Translations under genes and position numbers: made by a program
In this document: one piece after another, positions 17,083-25,350 of the stretch
How positions within the stretch are numbered: position 1 is the first letter of the stretch
Layout: every line of letters begins with the position of its first letter
Notes under the pieces: model-generated
Seen by the model: only the letters and a program-made list of their open reading frames with translations
Told to the model about the DNA's origin: nothing
Databases searched by the model: none
Origin: Candidatus Falkowbacteria bacterium RIFOXYD12_FULL_34_57
Lineage (GTDB): Bacteria; Patescibacteriota; Patescibacteriia; Patescibacteriales; UBA12075
DNA length: 64,000 bases
NCBI GenBank assembly: GCA_001780285.1
Contig: MFGN01000005.1
Coordinates: forward strand, 74,200-138,199
Direction: 5' to 3'

Positions 17083-18594
17083 TTAATTTTGATCTTTGAT
17101 TTTTGTATTTTCATTTATTATTTCATGTTTTCCGTGTATTCTTTTATTTTTATCAACATAAATAGTCAGGGGGGTGCCGTGAAAACCGAATTTTTCCCTA
17201 AGTCTGTTTTTTATAAATTGTAGATACGAGAAATGAATAGTATCTTTGGCGCCGATTCGAATTGAAAATTTTGGTGGATTAACAGTTTCTTGTTTAAGTT
17301 CAAAAATATGAGGATGTTTTGTTCCTCTGGCTTTGACTGGTCTGTGTTTTTTGATAATTTTTGCTAAAAATTTATTTAAAGGATTTGCATCAATTTTTAC
17401 TATTCTTTGTTCGTATATTTCTAATATCAAATCAAGTGTTTTTTGTACTTTATTTCCGGTTTTGGCTGATAAAAATTGGATGGGCGCCCAAGCGGCAAAG
17501 GGCAATGCATAATATATGTTTTCTGTATATTTTTTAGTATTCTTTTCCTTTATCAAGTCCCATTTATTGCCTATAATAATAAGACTAATATTCCTGTTTA
17601 CTATTTCTTCCACCAACTTGGAGTCTTGATGGGTTAAACCCTCATTTATATCCAAAACCAAAAGAGCGATATTGGAGCGATTCAGTATCCATAAAGTTTT
17701 TTCAATGCTTTGTTTTTCCAGAGCCTTTTTAAATTTTATTTTTTTTGCTCCTCTTTGGCCCTGCTTGCTGATACCAGCAGTGTCTATTAGATTTATTTTT
17801 TTGTTTTTATAGATAATTTCTGTATCTTGCGGTTCGCGAGTAGTGTGCGGGGTCGCACTGACAATAACCCGCTCTTCTCCCAATATAGCATTTATCAGGC
17901 TGGATTTTCCCACATTGGGTTTTCCCAGAATACAAACATTTATACAATCTTCTTTTTCTATTGAAGTTTCTTTTAATTCATTTTTTTTGACAGGCTTTGA
18001 GTCGCGAAGTAAAACAGATGAGGTTTTTTTTGTTTTTACCCAAGGGGCGCTTTGTAATTTTTTTATCACAATATCCAGCATGTCTCCAGTTCCGGATCCG
18101 GTGGTAGCAGATACATTAACAGGTTCTCCCAGTCCAAGCTTGTTAAATTCAGCTGTTTCTTTCTGCAGGCTGGGACTATCTGTTTTGTTAGCGATTAATA
18201 TTACCTTTGTTTTATTTTTGGGGATTATTTTTTTTAAAATCAAAGCCATTTCTTTGTCGGGCGGGAGCAGTCCTGTCCTGGTATCCACAAGAAACAATAT
18301 TAAATCAGCGCGCATTAAAAATTCACGAGCTTGATTTTGTACTTTAGTGTCTATATCGTCTGTTAGTACCTTTTTTTTGGATAAATTTTTAATATTCATG
18401 ATTCCGCCGGTATCCACTAATTTAAATTTTTTTCCATTCCATTCCACTGTTCCAATATTACTATCTCTGGTTGTACCTGCAATATCGGATATAATTGCTT
18501 TATTCTGCTCTATTAAACAATTAAAAAGTGTTGACTTGCCAACATTGGTGCGACCAAAGAGAACTACAAGAGGAAGATTGTTTTTGGTTTGCAT
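17083..18594 (-). CDS. der: Ribosome-biogenesis GTPase Der (EngA), tandem GTPase domains plus KH-like C-terminus
   Basis: Two P-loops (GRTNVGKST, GKPNVGKSS), DTGG/DTAG, NKTD/NKWD. A Lys-rich linker insert separates the G-domains. Confidence 0.95.
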   Translation of the reverse strand: MQTKNNLPLVVLFGRTNVGKSTLFNCLIEQNKAIISDIAGTTRDSNIGTVEWNGKKFKLVDTGGIMNIKNLSKKKVLTDDIDTKVQNQAREFLMRADLILFLVDTRTGLLPPDKEMALILKKIIPKNKTKVILIANKTDSPSLQKETAEFNKLGLGEPVNVSATTGSGTGDMLDIVIKKLQSAPWVKTKKTSSVLLRDSKPVKKNELKETSIEKEDCINVCILGKPNVGKSSLINAILGEERVIVSATPHTTREPQDTEIIYKNKKINLIDTAGISKQGQRGAKKIKFKKALEKQSIEKTLWILNRSNIALLVLDINEGLTHQDSKLVEEIVNRNISLIIIGNKWDLIKEKNTKKYTENIYYALPFAAWAPIQFLSAKTGNKVQKTLDLILEIYEQRIVKIDANPLNKFLAKIIKKHRPVKARGTKHPHIFELKQETVNPPKFSIRIGAKDTIHFSYLQFIKNRLREKFGFHGTPLTIYVDKNKRIHGKHEIINENTKIKDQN

Positions 18595-18771
18595 ATATTA
18601 TGATTAATTAATTTTGAATTTCAAATCAACTTAGAATGAATTAATTTTTAATTATTGAAACCAAGAAAAATGTAATAAATAAAGGAATAATTAAATAGGT
18701 TTATCATTAAAACATTAGATATTAAATCATTCAATCAAAGTTTTTAATAATTACAATAGAGTTATTATAAA

Positions 18772-20274
18772 TTATTCTGCCAGATTAGCCGGATTGGGAG
18801 TTCCTGATTTTGTGGAGTCGGCATTTTGTCCGATAATAATAACAAAATCTGGTTGGACAGGTTTCTTTTCTCCCTGTATATCTTTTTTAATGTCTTCTAC
18901 CAACCAGTCTGGAAGCCCAAAAGAAACATTAGCATCTATTCTGCTTTTTAATACAGAAAGAGATTTGGCTTTGTCTCCATATGTTAGATCATAAATAACG
19001 GTTTTTTGAAAATCTTTTCGACTACTATTTCCTACTCGAACAATGGTAAATCCGTATTTTTCTAAATCTAGTGCCGCCTTAGAAGCAAGACCATTAATCC
19101 ATGTTCCGTTCCTGATTTCAATACTAGCCCTTTCACTAAATACATTGTTTTTGTCTTGTGTTGGTGCATCGGAAAATATATTGTTAACAAAATATTCTAT
19201 TTCAGAAAAATCTCCGCTCTTTGGCACCAAAATATATGCCCCGTCGGAAGAATATGTTTCTACCAATAAACCGTTTGGACTATTATCTAATACTTTGTTG
19301 ATAATATCTTTTTGTTCGATATCTTTTACTATTTCCCAGAGTTTTACCATTTCCCATATTTTTAGATTGGTGCTGATGTGTTCATTGAGTTGATTAATGA
19401 TGCCGGTTATCATTTTTGGTTTAAAAATTGTTTTTAACGAAAGAACATTTTCTTTTACGGCTTCAATTACTTTTTGTTGTCTTTTGGCCCGGGCAAAATC
19501 AGATCCTTCTGCGCCCAAAGAGTGTCTGGAACGAACATATTTTAAAGCTAATTCGCCGTCCATTTTCTGCCACCCGCTTTCTATGTAGAGATGTTCAAAT
19601 CTTGATGCATAGTTTTCCGCCTGTTCCATCCCTCTAACCGGATATTGTTGGTCATTGATAACATTTTCCACATTAACAGAAATACCGCCTAATTCATCTA
19701 CAATATTTATAAAACCCTCAAAGTCAACACGAACATAATAATCAATCGGTATATTTAAAATATCGCTAACCGTCTGACTAATGGCAAGTCCGCCACTATC
19801 TTCTTTATCTATTTCAGCAAAAGCGTTAACAGAGTTTATTTTTTTCCATCCCATATTTTCAATAGGAATAGCCATGTCGCGGGGAATGGAAACGAGAGAA
19901 ACTTTTTTAGTGGATGGTTCAATGCTGGCAAGAATTAAGGTATCGGTTAAATATCCGCCTTCATGTTGCCTTCCGCCCATTCCCAGAAGTAGAATATTTA
20001 TACGATTATCAATCTCTCCTTTTAATTGGCGGTCCGCACTTTCTGCTAAATGTTTTATTTGTCTGATTATGGGGAGTTGAGAGAACCAAGAGGCGGAGCT
20101 TTGCTGCGAAACCATTACCTGACTGGAAAAAACCGCTAAACTGGTAATAATAAATATAATAAAAAAGCTAAAGATTTTTATTATTTTTTTTCTCTTTTTA
20201 TATTTAATATTATTTGTTGTTTCGGTGATTTTTGCTTGGGCCTCTATGTATTTTTCTTTGATATTAATATCCAT
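18772..20274 (-). CDS. LytR-CpsA-Psr (LCP) family phosphotransferase with C-terminal LytR_C domain
   Basis: N-terminal TM; NILLLGMGGRQHEGGYLTDTLILASI...SIPRD LCP core; C-terminal IEIRNGTWINGLASKAALDLEKYGF. Confidence 0.85.
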   Translation of the reverse strand: MDINIKEKYIEAQAKITETTNNIKYKKRKKIIKIFSFFIIFIITSLAVFSSQVMVSQQSSASWFSQLPIIRQIKHLAESADRQLKGEIDNRINILLLGMGGRQHEGGYLTDTLILASIEPSTKKVSLVSIPRDMAIPIENMGWKKINSVNAFAEIDKEDSGGLAISQTVSDILNIPIDYYVRVDFEGFINIVDELGGISVNVENVINDQQYPVRGMEQAENYASRFEHLYIESGWQKMDGELALKYVRSRHSLGAEGSDFARAKRQQKVIEAVKENVLSLKTIFKPKMITGIINQLNEHISTNLKIWEMVKLWEIVKDIEQKDIINKVLDNSPNGLLVETYSSDGAYILVPKSGDFSEIEYFVNNIFSDAPTQDKNNVFSERASIEIRNGTWINGLASKAALDLEKYGFTIVRVGNSSRKDFQKTVIYDLTYGDKAKSLSVLKSRIDANVSFGLPDWLVEDIKKDIQGEKKPVQPDFVIIIGQNADSTKSGTPNPANLAE

Positions 20275-20394
20275 AACTTAAAAATACTACCATATGTGGT
20301 AGAATGATATAACTTGAGAAATTTCAAGTTGTTTTTTGAAATTATTCTATTTTGATTATAACTACATTTTAATGTTTTGGCAATAGAGGAATTA

Positions 20395-20500
20395 TGCAAA
20401 CATTTTAGCATTTTAATATGTTAATATGATAAATTTTATATTATTTTTAATGCCAATATGCTAATATTTTAAAATGTTTGTATGTTAAAATGTTTTTGTT
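20395..20500. repeat. Array of degenerate 8-nt tandem words (ACATTTTA / AATATGCT / TAATATGA family) in the LCP-lepB divergent spacer
   Basis: Shares exact strings with other spacers: aaacattttagcat (also 36136-36149), taatatgataaattt (also 37253-37267), aatatgctaatat (also 37238-37250). Confidence 0.65.
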
Positions 20501-20594
20501 GATTTTTTTTTGATTTAATGTTATAGTGGATATATTATAAAGCTAAATTTAAACAATAAGGTATTTTATTCGCCTTATTATTTTTTGCAATCTC

Positions 20595-21158
20595 ATGTTG
20601 AAAAATTTTTTTATTTTTGTATTTGAATTATTGAAAATCGTAGTTATATCATTGGTTATTATTGTGCCAATAAGATATTTTTTAATACAACCATTTTATG
20701 TAAAAGGAGCTTCAATGGAACCGAGTTTTTACGATCATGAATATTTGATTATTGATGAGATTTCTTATAGGTTTAATGAACCAGAAAGAGGGGATATAAT
20801 TGTTTTTAGATATCCGCGAAATCCGCAAGAATATTTTATAAAAAGATTGATTGGTTTTCCCGGGGAGGATATACAAATCAAAGATGGAGAAGTAATAATA
20901 TTTAACAAGGAAAATAAAGAGGGAATGATTTTGGATGAACCTTATTTGCCGGATGATGTAAAAACCTACGGAATGAGCAGTGACAAGGTAAAATTGGGCG
21001 AGAATGAATTCTTTGTTTTGGGGGACAATAGAAATTCCTCTAAAGATTCACGAAGCTTTGGTCCCGTAAACAGAAGTTATTTAATTGGCAAAGTTCTTTT
21101 TCGCGGATTTCCATTTGATCGAATACAGATATTTGAAGCACCTAAGTATAGTTTTTAG
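20595..21158 (+). CDS. lepB: Signal peptidase I
   Basis: VKGASMEPSF (catalytic Ser), RLIGFPGE, GDNRNSSKDSR (catalytic Lys box). Confidence 0.9.
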   Translation: MLKNFFIFVFELLKIVVISLVIIVPIRYFLIQPFYVKGASMEPSFYDHEYLIIDEISYRFNEPERGDIIVFRYPRNPQEYFIKRLIGFPGEDIQIKDGEVIIFNKENKEGMILDEPYLPDDVKTYGMSSDKVKLGENEFFVLGDNRNSSKDSRSFGPVNRSYLIGKVLFRGFPFDRIQIFEAPKYSF

Positions 21159-21180
21159 TTTAATTTTAAATTTTAATAAT

Positions 21181-22569
21181 ATGCCAAGAACAGCAAAAAA
21201 AAATCAAAAAGCTAAACCGGTTAAAAATGTTATAAACAAGGCGGTAAAGAAGAGAAAAGACAAATTTTCTCGTTTAAGGGGAATGAAGGATGTATTATTT
21301 GATGAACAAAAATATTGGGATTTGGTCGTGAGAAAGGCAAATGATTTGTCTTGTTTTTATGGTTTTAAGAAAATACAAACTCCGATTTTAGAAAAACTTG
21401 AATTATATGAAAGGTCTACTGGAAAAGTAACAGATATTGTTTCCAAGGAAATGTATTCTTTTATTGATAAGAGCGGGGAAAAAATTGCCCTTAGGCCGGA
21501 AGCCACACCCGGTTTGGTTAGGTCTTATATTGAGCATGGGATGTTTAGCTTGCCACAGCCGGTTAAAATGTTCTGGATGGGACCTCTTTTTAGACATGAA
21601 AAACCACAATCCGGTCGCTATAGGCAACACACCCAATTTGATTTAGAAATATTTGGTGAAGCAAGTCCAATTGCTGATGCACAGTTAATTTTAATTGCTT
21701 ATAATTTTTTTTCAGAACTGCAGATAAACGTTCAAATTCACATTAATAGCGTTGGATGCAAAGAATGCCGCAAAACATATTTAGAAAAATTAATTGAATT
21801 TTACAAGGAGCGTGGAAAGAGGTCAAAGTTTTGCAATGATTGCAAGAAAAGATTTGCAACAAATCCTTTGCGCCTGTTAGATTGTAAAGAAGAAAGTTGT
21901 CAAGAAGTAAGAGAAGATGCCCCACAACTTGTTGATTATTTATGTGATGATTGCCGAGATCATTTTATTAAGGTTTTGGAGTATTTGGATGAATTAGATA
22001 TTCCGTATAATTTAAATTCGTTTTTGGTCCGAGGGCTTGATTATTACACTCGTACTGTTTTTGAGGTTATATCTCTTGAGGAGATGGAAGAAAAAGGTGT
22101 CTCCCAAAAGAGGCAAATATCTCTCGGTGGAGGAGGTCGTTATGATGATTTGGTGGAATATATGGGCGGGCAGCCCACCCCTGGTTGCGGATTCGGGATT
22201 GGCCTAGAAAGAGTTATTCTGAAAATTAAAGAAAAAAATATTCCAATCAAAGGCGATGGTGGCGATTTTATTTTTTTGGCCCAACTTGGAGAACAGTCGC
22301 GTCGAAAAATGTTTTTATTATTTGAAGAGATGAGAAGGGCTGGTTTTAATGTTCGCCAGGCATTTACCAAAGATAGTTTAAAGGCCCAATTAGAGGAAGC
22401 AGATCGTTTGGGTACTAAGTATACTCTGATTTTAGGACAGAAAGAACTGCTTGATGGCACAATAATTATTCGTGATATGGAATCAGGAATTCAAGAGGTG
22501 ATTGATTACAAAAAAATATATACAGAATTAAACAAAAGAATTGAGGAACGCAAAAATATTGACAAATAG
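21181..22569 (+). CDS. hisS: Histidine--tRNA ligase (with ~24-aa Lys-rich N-terminal extension)
   Basis: RGMKDVLFDE, RPEATPGLVRSY, FRHEKPQSGRYRQHTQF, GGGGRYDDL, anticodon-binding C-terminus. Start set to the ATG at 21181, since the tracked 21085 start overlaps lepB by 74 nt. Confidence 0.93.
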   Translation: MPRTAKKNQKAKPVKNVINKAVKKRKDKFSRLRGMKDVLFDEQKYWDLVVRKANDLSCFYGFKKIQTPILEKLELYERSTGKVTDIVSKEMYSFIDKSGEKIALRPEATPGLVRSYIEHGMFSLPQPVKMFWMGPLFRHEKPQSGRYRQHTQFDLEIFGEASPIADAQLILIAYNFFSELQINVQIHINSVGCKECRKTYLEKLIEFYKERGKRSKFCNDCKKRFATNPLRLLDCKEESCQEVREDAPQLVDYLCDDCRDHFIKVLEYLDELDIPYNLNSFLVRGLDYYTRTVFEVISLEEMEEKGVSQKRQISLGGGGRYDDLVEYMGGQPTPGCGFGIGLERVILKIKEKNIPIKGDGGDFIFLAQLGEQSRRKMFLLFEEMRRAGFNVRQAFTKDSLKAQLEEADRLGTKYTLILGQKELLDGTIIIRDMESGIQEVIDYKKIYTELNKRIEERKNIDK

Positions 22570-22710
22570 TTAAAAATTATTTAGTATAAACTAGACTTGG
22601 GTTTACATATCCCGAGTCTATTAATTATTGATTTTTCGTGCTATTTTAAATTATTTAAAATAGGCATCTAAAGTTTTATATAACACAACTAGAAAGGAAG
22701 GTGCATAAGA

Positions 22711-22944
22711 ATGATAGATTTTAAAAGAAAAAAAGGTGAAAATTTTGAGGGTTTTTTAAGAAGATTTAATAAATCTTTAATAAAAAGCAGAAGACTCAAC
22801 GAGGTTCGCCAAAGAAAATTCTTACAACCAAAGAAAAACAAGAATCAACAAAAAGAATATGCTTTAATTAGCATGAAAATGCGCGCCAAAAAAGAATACT
22901 TGAAAAAAATCGGCAAACTAAAAGAAGAACAGAATAGATGGTAA
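22711..22944 (+). CDS. rpsU: 30S ribosomal protein S21
   Basis: 77 aa, basic. ENFEGFLRRFNKSLIKSRRLNEVRQRKF matches the S21 pattern (ALRRFKR...EVRRREFY). SD AAGGAAGGTG upstream. Confidence 0.8.
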   Translation: MIDFKRKKGENFEGFLRRFNKSLIKSRRLNEVRQRKFLQPKKNKNQQKEYALISMKMRAKKEYLKKIGKLKEEQNRW

Positions 22945-23034
22945 TAATGAACAATGTTCAATAATCAATGATTATTCAAGTAACTAATTTTAAATTTACT
23001 GATCATTGAGAATTGATGATTGTCAATTAAATTT

Positions 23035-23484
23035 ATGGCTAATTTATTTTTAGAGATTAATAATGATTTGAAGCAGGCGATGCGCGATAAAAAAGCATTG
23101 GAATTGTCTGTTTTGCGCATGCTTTTAGCCTCTTTAAAAAATAAAAAAATAGAATTAATAGTTCCAGAATTAAACGATGATCAAGTGGTTATGGTAATAA
23201 AGACGGAAGTAAAAAAAAGGAAAGATTCAGTTATGGCCTATAAAAATGGAAATAGGGAAGATTTAGCCGAAAAAGAATTAGCAGAAATAAAAATTTTGGA
23301 AAAATATATGCCCGAACAGATGGGTGAAGAGGAGGTTGAAAAAATAGTAAAAGAAACCATTGATTCTATGGGAGAAGTTACTATGCAGGATTTTGGGAAA
23401 ATAATGGGAGCGGTAATGAATAAGACTAAGGGGCAAGCGGACGGTAATGCAGTAAGCGCGATTGTGAAAAAAATATTAAAATAG
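23035..23484 (+). CDS. yqeY: GatB/YqeY domain-containing protein
   Basis: DLKQAMRDKKALELSVLRMLLASLKN...KRKDSVMAYKNGNREDLAEKELAEIKILEKYMP...KTKGQADGNAVSAIVKKIL. ATG at 23035 preferred over the TTG at 23020. Confidence 0.8.
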   Translation: MANLFLEINNDLKQAMRDKKALELSVLRMLLASLKNKKIELIVPELNDDQVVMVIKTEVKKRKDSVMAYKNGNREDLAEKELAEIKILEKYMPEQMGEEEVEKIVKETIDSMGEVTMQDFGKIMGAVMNKTKGQADGNAVSAIVKKILK

Positions 23485-23508
23485 ATTTATGGGTGCGTCA
23501 TGCAGTAT

Positions 23509-23552
23509 AAAAACAAAAACAGTCCTTTCTATATGAGGACTGTTTTTGTTTA
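23509..23552. terminator. Bidirectional intrinsic terminator (yqeY / rel convergent)
   Basis: AAAAACAGTCCT-ttctatatg-AGGACTGTTTTT, flanked by A- and T-runs. Confidence 0.85.
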
Positions 23553-23586
23553 TTGTGTTGGTGTGAAATTAATGGTTTAGCAGTCT

Positions 23587-25053
23587 TTACTTTTTCATTC
23601 CCGGGATCATTTTGTGTAATTGTGATAGTCTATAGAGCCTGGTTGACTGTTTTATTTTTTCTTTAGCTCTTCTGGTTTGCACAAATTTTAACCAGTCCTG
23701 GTTTGGATATTTTCGTTTTTTCTCTATAATGATTTCTACTAAATCACCATTTTGTAGTCTTTTGTCCAAAGTAGACATTTTGTCATTGATTAATACGCCG
23801 GTTGCCTTGTTGCCAATTTCGGTATGTACCAGAAATGCAAAATCTATCGGCGTTGAACCTTCCGGCAAATCAAATACATCCCCCTTGGGAGAGAAAACAA
23901 AAATTCTATCATGAAAAACATCAAGTTTTACTTTGTCTATAAAGTCATTAGTGTTTTTTTCCTGGCTCTGAAGCTGAAGTATTTCTTCTACCCACTTAGG
24001 CTGTTTTTGATAGTTAGATCCGCCCTTTTCTTTGTAGTACCAATGCGCGGCAATACCGTATAATGATTCTTCGTGCATTTCTTTGGTTTTTATCTGGAAT
24101 TCGGTTGCTTTGTTTCCCGGCCCATAAACCGTAGTATGCAGGCTGCGGTATCCGTTCGGTTTGGGGATGGCGATGTAGTCTTTGATGCGGTCCGGCTTTG
24201 GTTTCCATAAAGAATGAATAATACCCAGTGTTTTATAACAGTCAGATATGGTGGGCACCATAACCCTTAAGGCAAAAACATCATAGATTTCATGGAATTT
24301 TCGATCAGTTCGCTGCATTTTTTTATAAATACTATATAAGGGCTTCAGTCTATCTTCTATCTCATGTTTTATCTTTTCTTTTTTTAATTCTTTTTCTAAA
24401 ATCTTTTTTACTTCTCTTGAGTATTGGTTTCTTTCCACCTTTTTTTCCACCTCGTATTTATATTCTAATTTCTTGTATTCTTCTGGATGCAGATATTTGA
24501 AACATATGTCTTCCATTTGCGATTTTAAACTCCAAATACCAAGTAGACCAGCAATTGGTACATAAACCTCCATCGTTTCTTTTGCAATACGCAGTCTTTT
24601 TTCCTCGGGCAGAGCTTCTAGTGTTCTGATATTGTGTAATCTATCACAAAATTTTATTAAAATTACACGCATGTCATTAGCCATGGCTAAAAACATTTTA
24701 CGCAGATTTTCACGATACCTCTCTACTCCGCGATATTTAATTTTGCTTAATTTAGTTATTCCTTCAACAAGTGTTGCCACATCTGATCCAAATTCTTTTT
24801 TTATATCTTCAAGTGTATATTCCGTGTCTTCCGGCACATCATGTAGAATGCCTGCGATAATCGTGTTAAAATCGGCTTTGATTTGTGCAAGTACAAAAGC
24901 AGTATGCAGAGCATGCTCAAGATATGGCCCTCCGGTTTTTCTCTTTTGTCCTTTATGGGCTTTTTTTGCAAATTCATAAGCCTTTTTCAAAATTTCAATG
25001 TCAGCGTTTTTATTGTTTTCTTTAATGCGATTAATGATTTGTTCAATAGTCAT
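23587..25053 (-). CDS. rel: RelA/SpoT-family (p)ppGpp synthetase/hydrolase (HD + synthetase + TGS; no ACT region)
   Basis: HKGQKRKTGGPYLEHALH...HDVPEDT (HD), DYIAIPKPNGYRSLHTTV (synthetase), IFVFSPKGDVFDLPEGSTPIDFAF (TGS). Only 488 aa. Confidence 0.9.
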   Translation of the reverse strand: MTIEQIINRIKENNKNADIEILKKAYEFAKKAHKGQKRKTGGPYLEHALHTAFVLAQIKADFNTIIAGILHDVPEDTEYTLEDIKKEFGSDVATLVEGITKLSKIKYRGVERYRENLRKMFLAMANDMRVILIKFCDRLHNIRTLEALPEEKRLRIAKETMEVYVPIAGLLGIWSLKSQMEDICFKYLHPEEYKKLEYKYEVEKKVERNQYSREVKKILEKELKKEKIKHEIEDRLKPLYSIYKKMQRTDRKFHEIYDVFALRVMVPTISDCYKTLGIIHSLWKPKPDRIKDYIAIPKPNGYRSLHTTVYGPGNKATEFQIKTKEMHEESLYGIAAHWYYKEKGGSNYQKQPKWVEEILQLQSQEKNTNDFIDKVKLDVFHDRIFVFSPKGDVFDLPEGSTPIDFAFLVHTEIGNKATGVLINDKMSTLDKRLQNGDLVEIIIEKKRKYPNQDWLKFVQTRRAKEKIKQSTRLYRLSQLHKMIPGMKK

Positions 25054-25164
25054 AAGGGGGTTTGAAAGTTTATAAAATCAAAAGTCAAGAGTTAGGATTA
25101 GCTAGAGCGACATTTAGCTGCGCCTTTTGAAATTTTAGCTTAAGAGGTAAGTGCTCGCTAAGCA

Positions 25165-25273
25165 TGAGATGTTTATGATTTTTGGAATATTTAAGATTTT
25201 TAGGATATATTTTGTGGTTATTATCTCAAAAATCATAATTATCTCAAAAGTCTCAAATATCACAAATATCACA
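25165..25273. repeat. Degenerate ~9-nt tandem word arrays upstream of the surface-protein island
   Basis: gagatgttt/atgattttt/ggaatattt/aagattttt, then tatctcaaaa/atctcaaaag/tctcaaatat/cacaaatat/cacag. Confidence 0.55.
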
Positions 25274-25350
25274 GTGAACAATGGTTTGTATTTTTTTTCT
25301 TTTTTATGTTATAATAATATTATAAAATTGTGGATTAGTCAATTTGTAAA

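Noticed and set aside
20288-20346. Palindrome CTACCATATGTGGTAG followed by a + strand terminator-like hairpin (AACTTGA-gaaat-TCAAGTT-GTTTTTT) in the LCP/lepB divergent region.
   Set aside because: No upstream + strand gene exists to terminate, and any transcript from the adjacent TGGTAGAAT -10-like box would be only ~35 nt. Without expression data I cannot distinguish an operator or attenuator from chance.
20395-20500. CRISPR array, considered for this and the other tandem-word spacers (25165-25273, 37162-37267).
   Set aside because: The units are only 7-9 nt, directly abutting with no unique spacers, and no cas genes are in the window.
21085-21180. Tracked hisS start at 21085, overlapping lepB by 74 nt.
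   Set aside because: The extra 32 aa (MAKFFFADFHLIEYRYLKHLSIVF...) are not HisS-like and lie inside lepB coding sequence. The ATG at 21181 follows the lepB stop.
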